Assembly: GCA_965228855.1 (NCBI GenBank)
Contig: CBDDIJ010000003.1
Coordinates: 3,328,001-3,392,000, forward strand
Direction of reading: 5' to 3'
Length of the DNA stretch: 64,000 bases
From: Candidatus Obscuribacterales bacterium
Lineage (GTDB): Bacteria; Cyanobacteriota; Vampirovibrionia; Obscuribacterales; Obscuribacteraceae
Each line of letters begins with the position of its first letter. Within the stretch, counting starts at the first letter, position 1. A program made the position numbers and the translations under genes. Shown in pieces: positions 28,017 through 37,913 of this stretch. A model generated the notes under the pieces. The model was given only the letters and a program-made list of their open reading frames with translations. It ran no database searches and had not been told where the DNA came from.

Positions 28017-28991
28017 ATGCAAAACAGAAACACGCACTTCCTGACCGTCCAGCCCGGGCGGCAAACGTTGCTATTGCCAATCCTCCTCCTTACGCTGTTT
28101 GTCGTTCAGCTCTCAATTCAAACAGCGAGCGCCGAGGAACTAAAGTTTGCCTGGCCGGTTCCGTCGCGAGTCACCGTGACGGAAGAGACGCTCAAAAAAG
28201 GCAAGACCGCGAAGATGCGATACGACATCGTTTTAAACAAGCAGTCGTCCGGTGACAACTACGAACTCAATTTCGATAAATTCGAGTTTCTGGCAATTGA
28301 AGGGACGGACCTCTCCGTTCCGGAAAATCGTGAGCAAGCAGGAGCGGTTTTGAAACAAGCAACCGCACTCGGCAGTATGTTGCCGACCCTGGTGATCACG
28401 CCTAAAGGCAATGTGGTTGATGTTATAGGAATGGAAAAATGCATAGATGCAGCCACGGCGCTGCTTTCGTCGGCGGATCCGAAGGTCATCGAGATTATCA
28501 AGTCGCCGGAGATGGTCGAGCAGATGAAGCAAAAGAGCGTCGACTTCTGGAGAGTTTGGGTGGAGACCTGGTTAACGGCGCCGGAAAGCGGCAAAGTCAA
28601 CGCCTATGAAATGGAAGTCCCGCTTATGGGGATGAAACTTCAGGCACCACTTACGGTGCGTAACGAGGGTTCGAGTAAGGAAACAGGGAGCGATGTAAAA
28701 CTGATTGCGGAGACGATTCTAGAAGGCGAAAAAGCTCGGCAAGCGCTCGCCACGATGATGCAAAACATGGTCGCAAAAATCCCGCAAAAGGAGGGCGTTA
28801 AGCCGTTCTCACCAGACATGATCAAGAGCATGAAACGGGTGACACGATTTACAGTCGTGACTAATCCGAAGACCCTGCAGCCGCGCTCTGCGAGTTCCGA
28901 CAGCTTGATTGACCTGGCCATCGAAGACAAACAACGCTCAGAAATAGAGAAGCACGATTACAGCTTCGATTGGAAATCAACGACAAACTAG
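28017..28991 (+). CDS. Hypothetical secreted protein
   Basis: AAGGA RBS, signal peptide ending ASA-EE, 324 aa. Confidence 0.7.
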   Translation: MQNRNTHFLTVQPGRQTLLLPILLLTLFVVQLSIQTASAEELKFAWPVPSRVTVTEETLKKGKTAKMRYDIVLNKQSSGDNYELNFDKFEFLAIEGTDLSVPENREQAGAVLKQATALGSMLPTLVITPKGNVVDVIGMEKCIDAATALLSSADPKVIEIIKSPEMVEQMKQKSVDFWRVWVETWLTAPESGKVNAYEMEVPLMGMKLQAPLTVRNEGSSKETGSDVKLIAETILEGEKARQALATMMQNMVAKIPQKEGVKPFSPDMIKSMKRVTRFTVVTNPKTLQPRSASSDSLIDLAIEDKQRSEIEKHDYSFDWKSTTN

Positions 28992-29022
28992 GTTGTCTTT
29001 TGCGTTAAAACCAGGCACGCAC

Positions 29023-30354
29023 TCAAGAGTTTGGTGGGTTGAAAACTTTCAGCGTATTCCAGTCGTAGCGAGACTTTTTCAAGTAATCGTCGAGCGGAGT
29101 CGCCGCATCGTTAAACGCGTAGAGTTGGCCATCGTGCCCTTTTCCAATCACGGCGATATCACCATAATTTGGACAGGGTCCACGTCTGGCTTGCTCCTGC
29201 GCGTAAACTTCCGGCGTCCAATACACATGAACGACCTGTCCGACCTTGAGTTCTTTCGATTTCGAGACCGTAAAACCTTCACTCGGCAAAGTTTCTCTCA
29301 TATCATTTGCATTGCCGTAGATGATCTTTCCAGTCGCGCGTTCAATCGCATAGCTGACCCCTTTAGCGCAGTAACCGTATGTTCCAAGTTCATCGGAAAC
29401 TTGCGCAGCTTTATCAGCTAATTTTGCACCGGTTGCATTCACAGCTTCGCACGATGTGGAAACCTTTCCACTTGACGGTAAGCGCAGAGATTCCAAACTC
29501 GGATCTTTCGAATCTACCAGATGCCGCAATTTCTTGGTGTCAATCCTTCCGTTCGCACCGACAATCTTCTTATACAGCTCGGGCATGCGCTTCTTAAACG
29601 TTTCAGGGTCGGAAGCAAACCAGTCCATAAGCAAGTCAAACAGATCAACCTGAGACCAGTCGGTTTGCGGCGGTTGATAAGCACTGGTATCAGATATGGT
29701 TCGAGCGGGTTGGTAGCTGCCGGTATCAGATATGGTTCGCTCTGGTCGATAGCTGGTATCGGTTGTGGTTCGAGCAACCTGACGACCGGTATCATATACG
29801 GTTCGAACCGGCGAGTAGTTGTCGGTATCAGAAGCAGTGCGAACCGGGCCGCTCGCAAAATCCATCTCAACAATCTTCCCTAACTCTTGCGCGTATTCCA
29901 TCAGGCTTTTAAAGAGCTGAAACTGTTTATCAGCGGATATATCAGGCACGAAATCGCCTCTCTCAAGCGCAATTACAAAATCGCCTCCTTTACGGTCCAT
30001 TCTCAAAAATTGTTGAATGGTGCCGTCCGGTTTTAAAACAACATCCGCATTTGAACAATCCGCAGTCACGGTGATTGACGACGCAGCCTCAATTGCGGCT
30101 CGCATCTCCGCGTTATCGAATAATTGCATAGAGTCGCTGGGCAGTTGGAAGGGAACGTTTGCCGCAATGCGCTCACCAAATCGCAAGTCAGACACCGAAT
30201 CCATTTGAAGAATGGACATCAACGAAGATTCCTTCGCGATAGCTCCTGTCTCAAGTGAATTAATACGCTCGTAAACCATCATAAGCCCCCGTATTCGCCA
30301 ACCTGCACACAGTCTAGTTTCCAGGATGTGACAAATTCGGGTCACGTTTTGCAA
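29023..30354 (-). CDS. Hypothetical protein with internal RTxxDT repeats and a C-terminal CHAP/amidase-like domain (start probably near 30280)
   Basis: GYCAKGV...GNAND...KVGQVV...YGDIAV resembles the CHAP/NlpC Cys-His fold with the His replaced by Asp. Confidence 0.6.
   Translation of the reverse strand: MQNVTRICHILETRLCAGWRIRGLMMVYERINSLETGAIAKESSLMSILQMDSVSDLRFGERIAANVPFQLPSDSMQLFDNAEMRAAIEAASSITVTADCSNADVVLKPDGTIQQFLRMDRKGGDFVIALERGDFVPDISADKQFQLFKSLMEYAQELGKIVEMDFASGPVRTASDTDNYSPVRTVYDTGRQVARTTTDTSYRPERTISDTGSYQPARTISDTSAYQPPQTDWSQVDLFDLLMDWFASDPETFKKRMPELYKKIVGANGRIDTKKLRHLVDSKDPSLESLRLPSSGKVSTSCEAVNATGAKLADKAAQVSDELGTYGYCAKGVSYAIERATGKIIYGNANDMRETLPSEGFTVSKSKELKVGQVVHVYWTPEVYAQEQARRGPCPNYGDIAVIGKGHDGQLYAFNDAATPLDDYLKKSRYDWNTLKVFNPPNS
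29665..29845 (-). repeat. Five imperfect 33-36 bp coding tandem repeats
   Basis: Units contain ggtatc...ggttcg and encode RTASDT/RTVYDT/RTTTDT/RTISDT/RTISDT. Confidence 0.8.
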
Positions 30355-30438
30355 TCGACCGACTTCATCGTGCTACCTAGTGAGCAAGTCAGGATTTGAT
30401 TCTCTGACGGTCAGTATCGCCAATTTGCTGGAGCACTT

Positions 30439-30591
30439 ATGAGCAAGAAAGACACAGACGAAGAAGTCGACTACATGCACCCGGACGGCACCAAGAAAAA
30501 GCCGCCGAAAAATCAAGAAGAGAAGAAAAACGAAGAGAAGGCAGAAGAATCGACAGAGCTTGTCGAAGAATTGCAGGAAGAACAATCCTGA
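30439..30591 (+). CDS. Small charged protein (50 aa)
   Basis: GGAG RBS, MSKKDTDEEVDYMHPDGTKKKPP...EEQS*. Below the ORF-track cutoff. Confidence 0.5.
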   Translation: MSKKDTDEEVDYMHPDGTKKKPPKNQEEKKNEEKAEESTELVEELQEEQS

Positions 30592-30627
30592 AACCGGCAC
30601 GAACGGCACGGTTCAGTTGAACTCAGG

Positions 30628-31839
30628 CTACCAGTTGCGCATGCTCGCGGGATGACGAACCTGAGGCTTCGCGATGTTGGTTTGATAGTTAGGTCCTGGC
30701 TTGATGTGCGTGAGTTTGTACCAGCGCGCACTGGTGATCGACCCATCCTTAGCCGGTTCGAGCCTCAACAGCCAGGTGTCGAATGACTCGACGTCAACTG
30801 CGCATATCTTCTCTCTGTTTGTGATAAGCAGTATTTTGCGAAGACCGGAACCAAAATCCGGCAGCACGACATCGAATGTGTACTGCCGACCATTGACGGT
30901 CGCTTTGAAGGCGGGATTCGCATGCCCGTCCAAACCAAACGCAGCCGTCCTTCCTTCGACCGATATCGGCATCCAGTCGGTCGCAGCGGTCAGTGTATTG
31001 GAACCTATTTCAAATGTTTCCAGGCAATTCATTTCCTGAAAACACTTGGTGACGATCAATGGAATCAAGCGCCGGTCGTTGACTTCGAGCAGTGGGATAT
31101 TGCGAGTGTTGTCACGAACAGCAAGTTGCGCTTGCGGCTCGATTGCAATTTGAGACTTGACCGGATTGCGCAGGAAGTGGCTGTTTTCAATGGAACCGAC
31201 CAGATCTGCCAAACTGATACCACCGTCCAGCGGAGCATCACGATCAAGCGCACCATGCTGCCCCTGCATGTTTGGAGCCATCGGCGCGCGTTTCGCGACC
31301 TGCCCCGTGAGCGGCGGCGAAGACTTGAGACTATTAACTTTGGCTTCGGCCTTACCTTTCAGAGGATTGCTTTCGTCGAATTTCGCAAACAGCTCAAATG
31401 CCTTTTTATACATGTCCGCGGCAGCAGTCTGTTTCCGGAGATTCTCCAGACAGACGCCCTGGAAATAGTTGCACTCAGCGCGATACCCTTCGTAACCATC
31501 ACCGAGTTGCGGCGTGAGTTTCTGCAGCGCGACTAGCGCCTGTCCAAAATTCTGCATTGCGATGTTCTGCATTGCCTGTTTGTAGAGCGGCTGCTCTTGC
31601 AGAATCATCTCAGTGACTTCAGTACGCCCCTGGAGCGGCGTCCGCGGCGTGGTAGAGGAGGTGCTATCACCTTTGGGAAGTTCAAGTGCTTCAAAACCGT
31701 CTCCGCCTGCGGCAAAGGCGCCCGTCCATCCGAAAGCAAACGCCGACGATACCGCCAGGGCCAGGCGCAGGTGTTTGAAGAATGGATTTCGGTTGGGGTT
31801 TCGCATGATTATGAAATAGTGGAAGGGCTTAAGCCCCAT
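30628..31839 (-). CDS. Secreted TPR-containing hypothetical protein
   Basis: Signal peptide (AFAAG) and TPR-like helices (AECNYFQGVCLE..AADMYKKA). Confidence 0.65.
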   Translation of the reverse strand: MGLKPFHYFIIMRNPNRNPFFKHLRLALAVSSAFAFGWTGAFAAGGDGFEALELPKGDSTSSTTPRTPLQGRTEVTEMILQEQPLYKQAMQNIAMQNFGQALVALQKLTPQLGDGYEGYRAECNYFQGVCLENLRKQTAAADMYKKAFELFAKFDESNPLKGKAEAKVNSLKSSPPLTGQVAKRAPMAPNMQGQHGALDRDAPLDGGISLADLVGSIENSHFLRNPVKSQIAIEPQAQLAVRDNTRNIPLLEVNDRRLIPLIVTKCFQEMNCLETFEIGSNTLTAATDWMPISVEGRTAAFGLDGHANPAFKATVNGRQYTFDVVLPDFGSGLRKILLITNREKICAVDVESFDTWLLRLEPAKDGSITSARWYKLTHIKPGPNYQTNIAKPQVRHPASMRNW

Positions 31840-31927
31840 CCTATTTGATTAATCCACGAAAAGCGTCAAGATCAACGTAGTTATCGTTAGCAGGTCACAA
31901 CAGCGCGCTGCCTCGCCAACAGTACAA

Positions 31928-31950
31928 GGGGAGGGTGTGAGACCCTCCCC
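31928..31950 (-). terminator. Probable intrinsic terminator
   Basis: GGGGAGGGT-gtgag-ACCCTCCCC hairpin just downstream of the 31977-32291 gene. Confidence 0.6.
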
Positions 31951-31976
31951 CCTTAGTTTTCGAACTCGAGACGCGG

Positions 31977-32291
31977 CTATTTAGCTTCTTTGATGGCTTT
32001 TTTGTCAGCCTTGTATTGAAGCTTATCGGCATCTTCCTTAATTTCAGCTGCTTTCTTGGCTTCCTTGGCCGCTTTCTTCGCATGGGACGCGGCGCGACCT
32101 TCTTTGCCGTCGGCTTGAGCTTCGGCAGAGGCAGCGGATTCATCGCTGGCTACGCCTGCAGTCGCGGCGGCTTCGGCATTCTTCGCATCAGCATCTGCTT
32201 GGATTTCAGCTGCATCCTTAGCCAGCGCCGGAGCAAAAGTCGACGCAGAGATGAGAGCGAGCGCCGTGAATGAGAACAAGAAATTACGCAT
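31977..32291 (-). CDS. Small secreted Ala/Lys-rich protein
   Basis: AGGAGG RBS, signal peptide (PALA-KD), helical low-complexity body. Confidence 0.75.
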   Translation of the reverse strand: MRNFLFSFTALALISASTFAPALAKDAAEIQADADAKNAEAAATAGVASDESAASAEAQADGKEGRAASHAKKAAKEAKKAAEIKEDADKLQYKADKKAIKEAK

Positions 32292-32489
32292 GAGTTAACC
32301 TCCTAGTAGTGCTATACCTTCGTAGTACATAGGCTGCCAAGCATTGCCTGCAACGGTTCCCAGCGCTTGATATATCTACACACGAAACCTGGATGGAAGG
32401 CTACATCAGCCACCCGACCGAAGAAAGCCCTTCGCAAGAAACCCATTTTTGCGAGGGTCGGTCAATACCTAAAGAAGTTGGGCCGCAAG

Positions 32490-33143
32490 TTAAGGCGTCC
32501 TGAATCTAATGCAATTTACTTGAGCTAGAACATTCTGAACCGAGACCACCTCGTCAGGTTTTAAATTAGCGACGTCGTGCCCTAAATCAATGGTCAACGC
32601 GAGAAGCTCGTCAGCACCGCCTGCGGTGCCAGCTTGCAGCGCATTGTGAATAGTATCACGAAGTGAATCGAAATTCGCAGAAAAAACAATTGAAGCCAAA
32701 TCCTTTTCGTTCAGTCGTGGGTTTAAAACGGTGATATTAGGCCAGTCAGGCCACGTAACTGTCTCCGTATCGCCTGTGAAAAAAAGACACTGGTCAAGCA
32801 CGGCACTCGAAAAATCACAGTTGCGATAGTAAGCGTTGGGACTTTTCGAGACCCCTCGCTGAAAGCCAAAACTACAATTAATGAACTTTCCACTGATTGC
32901 TGACCGCTCGAAAACGGACTCGAGGAACTGCACATTTTCAATGGGCACTTTCGCGTTTATTCTGCAATTCAAAAAATTAGCATCAACAATTTCGAAATTG
33001 GTACCGCCGAAATTAACCTCGCAATTCACGAGAAAAGCGCCACCATATACGGTATCCGTATCGTCGTGAATACCCAACTCCAAGGTCTCGTTTCGGGTGT
33101 TGCCACCGACTATCTCGATGCGCTTCGTGTCTGCCATTGTCAC
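32490..33143 (-). CDS. Hypothetical protein with pentapeptide/beta-helix-like repeats
   Basis: FLNC, FINCSF, YRNCDFS and LDQCLF periodicity. Confidence 0.55.
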   Translation of the reverse strand: MTMADTKRIEIVGGNTRNETLELGIHDDTDTVYGGAFLVNCEVNFGGTNFEIVDANFLNCRINAKVPIENVQFLESVFERSAISGKFINCSFGFQRGVSKSPNAYYRNCDFSSAVLDQCLFFTGDTETVTWPDWPNITVLNPRLNEKDLASIVFSANFDSLRDTIHNALQAGTAGGADELLALTIDLGHDVANLKPDEVVSVQNVLAQVNCIRFRTP

Positions 33144-33162
33144 CTCAACAAAAACTCCTACT

Positions 33163-34638
33163 TCAGAAGATGCTCATCTGGTCATCCATATTTTCCAAAT
33201 CATCCATGTCCTCTAACAGCTTTGCGTGAACAGAGGTTGTTGTGATTGTTGTAGCCCTCTTGCGCGCAATCTCTTCTCTCAATTTCCCTTGAATATTGTC
33301 CAGAGTCCAGACCCCGGAACCGGCGATGTAAGTAGTTGAAGCGGCGGCGACCAGCGGATAGGATTTGGTTGCTGCGTCAAAGTATTTGAATCCGGCCACC
33401 GCCAACTGAGCTCCACGTGCAACTTGAGTACCACCAACGGTGGTACTGTAGAACATCCTCTCATGATATTCTTTTTTGATACGCTTATCGATTGCTTCGC
33501 GAGTTTCCTCACGGGCGTCCAGCAGCTCATTTTGTAGGTCGTAGACAGTCTTGCGAGCATCGAGAGCTTGGAGAAGCTGCTTATCTGATGAGTCAGCTCG
33601 GGCGATAAGTTCAGCCAATTCTTTGCGATGAGCATCGAAATTTTCAGCGGCTATGACGCGAGCGGTTACTCCAGCACTCTCCAGTTTGGCCCGGGCTCGG
33701 AAGCGAGCGTGATGGCCGGCCCAATGAATCAACATTGGCGAAGCGATTACGCTTGAGCCCGATGTTATGAAGCCAATCCCCGCGACGCCGACTTGCTTGG
33801 GCTCTCGATCGGCGACTGAAAGCAATGACTGCAGGGAGCCGCCGTAAGCTGCCGTCGCTGCACCAAATGCGGTGGTTAAAGTAGCCGCATCGCGCGCACT
33901 ACGCAAGCGCGCAATATCAGAGAACGAATACTGAAACTCTGAAACAGTCAAGTCTCGCAGGTCACGGAGCACCAGCCCGTCCACACGAAGGATCTCTTTC
34001 TGGGATGGCGACAGACCTGGACAGTTTTCAACCAACGAATTGCGCTTAGCAAGTGAACTGTCTAATTGATTTTGCATGTCGAGGAACGTCTGGAGAGCAG
34101 ACTTGAGGTCTAGATGTTTCTTCGCATGCCTGTTCTCGGCTCGCTTATCGAGAAAAGCTTCGAACAACGTACCGCCAAGGAGAATAGAAGCGCCTGTCAT
34201 ATTGACGATGTGACCGGACTTCAAATAAGGGCGTGATGCCGCAGGAGGATTATTCATGTATTGGAATCGCGAGCCGGCAATTAAGCTCATTCCGACGTTC
34301 AACATCGTAGAGCCGGTCATTTTGTACGCGAACACACGCCAGGACTTGCCGCGACTCGGACGCACCCAAGTAGCGTGAAGGGAGGTCGAGTAGCGCATCA
34401 TTTGGATCTCAGCCCGAAGGATCGAATTGGTCAGTTTTTCAACTTCAACCAGCTGAGGATTACCGAAATCATCGAGACTTTTGACATTAGGTTTCGATTG
34501 TTCTAGCTGGGCTGAAGCAGAGTCTTGCGCAGTCCGTTCTGCAGCAGCTGCACATGATGGACCCTGTACTAACAAGATCGAAATCACGCCTAACCGATTG
34601 AGAAAACTCGCGACGCTTCGCACAGACCAGCACCACAA
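33163..34638 (-). CDS. Hypothetical exported protein (coiled-coil plus Gly/Ala hydrophobic helices)
   Basis: 491-aa ORF with a signal-like N-terminus. Confidence 0.6.
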   Translation of the reverse strand: MWCWSVRSVASFLNRLGVISILLVQGPSCAAAAERTAQDSASAQLEQSKPNVKSLDDFGNPQLVEVEKLTNSILRAEIQMMRYSTSLHATWVRPSRGKSWRVFAYKMTGSTMLNVGMSLIAGSRFQYMNNPPAASRPYLKSGHIVNMTGASILLGGTLFEAFLDKRAENRHAKKHLDLKSALQTFLDMQNQLDSSLAKRNSLVENCPGLSPSQKEILRVDGLVLRDLRDLTVSEFQYSFSDIARLRSARDAATLTTAFGAATAAYGGSLQSLLSVADREPKQVGVAGIGFITSGSSVIASPMLIHWAGHHARFRARAKLESAGVTARVIAAENFDAHRKELAELIARADSSDKQLLQALDARKTVYDLQNELLDAREETREAIDKRIKKEYHERMFYSTTVGGTQVARGAQLAVAGFKYFDAATKSYPLVAAASTTYIAGSGVWTLDNIQGKLREEIARKRATTITTTSVHAKLLEDMDDLENMDDQMSIF

Positions 34639-34783
34639 AAACTTTGACGCTGATTATGACAGCATTTTTCACGTAAAAACAGATACGACTTGTTTAGAAA
34701 TGCGCCCCAAACAGATGTCCACCTTCGCTGGTTTGCATATAGAAACAAACCTCAATCACTTCAATATTCTGACTTCTACGCCT

Positions 34784-35143
34784 TCACTTCCTTATCAAAC
34801 GTGTAGCAATCAGTCCGGCGAACCTATCTTTGCCTGTGTAAAACCAACCAATATGCCGGTGACACTGACCACATATCGCATAAGTCCATTCGTAGCCTTC
34901 AAACCATGTCGCCAGACTTGAAGGCTCCCCGGCTTCGATGGCACCAGGTGCGGTGCTATAACAAACGACGTGAAACGAGTAGCCGGCAGGATTGCGAAAA
35001 GTGTGTTCATGCGGTTCAATCGCGTACTCGGGCTCGGTAATGTCAAACTCGCAATTTGCGCAACGTACCGTTTGCTTCGGCTCCTCGTCCACAACATCGT
35101 CAAGATGCGTAGAGACTTCATTACCCGCATCATCACGCAACAT
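34784..35143 (-). CDS. Cereblon-like (CULT domain) protein
   Basis: CANC...CGQC zinc pairs, NPAG, and TWFEGYEW and HIGW aromatic-cage motifs. Confidence 0.9.
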   Translation of the reverse strand: MLRDDAGNEVSTHLDDVVDEEPKQTVRCANCEFDITEPEYAIEPHEHTFRNPAGYSFHVVCYSTAPGAIEAGEPSSLATWFEGYEWTYAICGQCHRHIGWFYTGKDRFAGLIATRLIRK

Positions 35144-35158
35144 CTCCGAATCCCCTGC

Positions 35159-35692
35159 CTACCGCGCAGCTGAAACGATTGCCATTATGCCATTGTACTC
35201 GTTTAGATAAACGAAGATTTTGTACTTATGTCCATTGGCCAATTTGAACGTGTGAAAGGTGACCGTATCTCCCGCCCCCGTCTTCCCCTCTTTGCTACCA
35301 AGGCATGATTTCTCCAAAACCACGTTCACCGATTGAGCGTCAACTTTCATAACTTTCATGAAAGCCGCCGCAGCCAGCTGAACAGGTAAAGACGCCACCG
35401 CGGAGGAAGTTAAGGTGTCCATGTAAGCGCCCGGAATATGTACGTCGATTGTGTTCAGGTTCTTCGTGGCAGAAAATCCATCCCCCAACTGAACCGGCGA
35501 TTCCGATTTGAGCAACTCGGGCTTGCGAAGGTCAGCAGTTGAGATTGAAACGATCGGAGCTGTTTTCTTCGCAACCCTTGCGCTCGCATTCTGGGAGTAT
35601 GCGGGAGTTGAGGTTATTAGTAAAAACAGGAGGACAACTGTGGCAATTATTGATTTCATCTTCCTCACCGGCTTGATCACATCGATTTTCAT
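35159..35692 (-). CDS. Hypothetical secreted protein
   Basis: Signal peptide (PAYS-Q). Confidence 0.6.
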   Translation of the reverse strand: MKIDVIKPVRKMKSIIATVVLLFLLITSTPAYSQNASARVAKKTAPIVSISTADLRKPELLKSESPVQLGDGFSATKNLNTIDVHIPGAYMDTLTSSAVASLPVQLAAAAFMKVMKVDAQSVNVVLEKSCLGSKEGKTGAGDTVTFHTFKLANGHKYKIFVYLNEYNGIMAIVSAAR

Positions 35693-35748
35693 TTTAAGCG
35701 ATACAATGGTCTGTTACTACCGGGCGTGAACACATTCAGAGATAAACT

Positions 35749-36471
35749 GTGATACCAAAACACATATCCCTTGCCCTCAGCGATGGTGTTGAACTCCAGT
35801 CAACCAGTGCAGCAGGTGTGTGCAGAGTTAAATTAATTGATGAAACCAAACGCTTCGACTTAACGTGGGATCGGTTCGTTAGACTACACCGTACAGCTCG
35901 TGAAATTAAGCGACTGGTACCGGACAGCGACACCATCTTAGATGTCGGCGGTTTTGACGGCGCCTTAGCAATGTTTCTCCCAGAATACAAGGTTGAGGTT
36001 GTCGATCCAGCGACAACTTGTGGCACTGTATTTAGTGTCAATGAAAGCTCATATGAAGCGGTCGTGTCGATCGATGCAATTGAACACGTTGAGCCTAAAG
36101 ATAGAAAGGCATTTTTGACACACGTGACGCAGGTCGCGAAGCGAAGCTGTTTCATAAACTTCCCATCCAGACAGACTAAAGACTCACAAGCTTTGGTTCT
36201 CGAACTCACAGATAATCCTCTAGTGAAAGAGCACGTAGAATGGCCACTTCCCGACACCTCCGAAATCAGTAGACATTTGGAGTTACAGGGCTATTCCGTA
36301 GATATACAGAATCACGGCAGCCTGACACAGTGGCTTTCACAATTTGTTCTGCAGGCAGTATCACCCGAAAAGGCTTCCAGAATCAGCCGCCACCTTATCG
36401 AAAGCTATCTAGATGAGCCTTTTGGCGTACCGCTCTACAATCTAGTAATCGGCTTGAAAAGTAGTGAATAA
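35749..36471 (+). CDS. Class I SAM-dependent methyltransferase
   Basis: ILDVGGFDG, SYEAVVSIDAIEHV. Confidence 0.8.
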   Translation: MIPKHISLALSDGVELQSTSAAGVCRVKLIDETKRFDLTWDRFVRLHRTAREIKRLVPDSDTILDVGGFDGALAMFLPEYKVEVVDPATTCGTVFSVNESSYEAVVSIDAIEHVEPKDRKAFLTHVTQVAKRSCFINFPSRQTKDSQALVLELTDNPLVKEHVEWPLPDTSEISRHLELQGYSVDIQNHGSLTQWLSQFVLQAVSPEKASRISRHLIESYLDEPFGVPLYNLVIGLKSSE

Positions 36472-37861
36472 CATGCGGAGAACGTTAATGCCACTGAGAT
36501 CCGCCCTAAAGAGCAGCATCGCTCAAATTACAATCGCGTCTATCTTGCAGCTAATCGCACTGGGAGCAGACCGAGAAGCGAGCGCAGTGGCAGCGTCACC
36601 GGAAGAAGTGCGCCAGGCAATCACAGCCAATAACGAAGGTATGGTTCTCGTCAACAACGGTGAATTTAAACCAGCAGCGGACAAATTCGAAACGGCTTGC
36701 AAACTCGAACCAGAGCGTTCTCTCTTTCATTGCAACTATGGATTCGCACTGTTGAAACTTGGAAATTTTGACGGTGCGATCGCACAGCTCGAAGAGTCCG
36801 TCAGGTTACAGCCAGATTTCTCCCGAGCCTGGATAAATCTGGCGGTTGCATTCGAGAGCAAAGGGGACACGGCGCGAGCGATCCCTGCTTTGAAAAAAGT
36901 GGTCGAAATCGGACCGCCATCACCTGAGGTCGATCGAATCAAAGCGCACATCGAGTTGCTTTCAAAAGAAAACGAGATTGGCAATCTAGACAAAAGCGAG
37001 ACTGATTATGTCGAGTCAATAAAAGCGAGAAACAAATTCCGCTGGGCGAAAAGCCGCATGCCGATTAAAGTCTTCATGAAATCGGGCGAGGGAGTGGAAT
37101 CTTTCAAACCGGAATACGAGACATTTTTGAAAGATGCATTCGACCAGTGGGTAGCGGCGTCGAACGGACAGCTATCTGTCGAGTTCGTCAAGAAAGCGAA
37201 GGATGCCGACATTACGACCGAGTGGACAACAGATACCACTGGCGTTCTCAACTTATCAGAACTCGGGGATACACGCTACAAATGTGATGGTCAGGGAATG
37301 GCGAGCGCAATGATCCGCATGCTCCTCGTCGACCCAAAACCCGCAAAGTTGACACCAGTCATGGTGCAGTGGGGAGCTCTGCACGAAGTCGGACATGCAT
37401 TTGGTCTGCTCGGTCACAGTCGCAACCCCGGCGACGTTATGTTTTCTGTTTATCCGGCGAACGCTGAAGATCCGAAACTCACCGCCCGCGATATCGCGAC
37501 AATTCAAAAGTTTTACGCAGAAGACCTGGGTGATACCTGGCTCTCTCTAAACGATGCTGGAAACGTCGCCGCAAAGAACGGCGATTATGCTTTGGCGATC
37601 ACGCAGTACGAGAAATCCGTCGCTCTTAAACCGGACAGTAACGTTCCCACGCAAAATCTGATCAGGGCAAACTACAATCAAGCCCTTTATCTCCTCCGAA
37701 AGGGAGACACTAATGGTCCGGAGCAATACTTTAAACGAGCTCTGGAACTTGAAAAAGGTCAGCACGATGAGAACTATCCTGTAATCATCAAGTCCTACTC
37801 GCAATATTTGAAAATGGTCGGTCGCAAGAAAGAGGCTGCCGAAATCGAAAAGCTAAAATGA
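36464..37861 (+). CDS. TPR-containing matrixin (M10-like) zinc metalloprotease
   Basis: HEVGHAFGLLGHS..PGDVM (Met-turn), flanked by TPR arrays. Confidence 0.88.
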   Translation: MNNMRRTLMPLRSALKSSIAQITIASILQLIALGADREASAVAASPEEVRQAITANNEGMVLVNNGEFKPAADKFETACKLEPERSLFHCNYGFALLKLGNFDGAIAQLEESVRLQPDFSRAWINLAVAFESKGDTARAIPALKKVVEIGPPSPEVDRIKAHIELLSKENEIGNLDKSETDYVESIKARNKFRWAKSRMPIKVFMKSGEGVESFKPEYETFLKDAFDQWVAASNGQLSVEFVKKAKDADITTEWTTDTTGVLNLSELGDTRYKCDGQGMASAMIRMLLVDPKPAKLTPVMVQWGALHEVGHAFGLLGHSRNPGDVMFSVYPANAEDPKLTARDIATIQKFYAEDLGDTWLSLNDAGNVAAKNGDYALAITQYEKSVALKPDSNVPTQNLIRANYNQALYLLRKGDTNGPEQYFKRALELEKGQHDENYPVIIKSYSQYLKMVGRKKEAAEIEKLK

Positions 37862-37913
37862 GACTATTTCAAAGCTGTTTCTGTCGCACGCTCCCATCCT
37901 TATCACTGGCGCT

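Noticed and set aside
29665..29845. Regularly spaced 33-36 bp repeats suggestive of a mini CRISPR array
   Set aside because: Units are multiples of 3, imperfect, lack unique spacers and encode peptide repeats inside an ORF. No cas genes are present.
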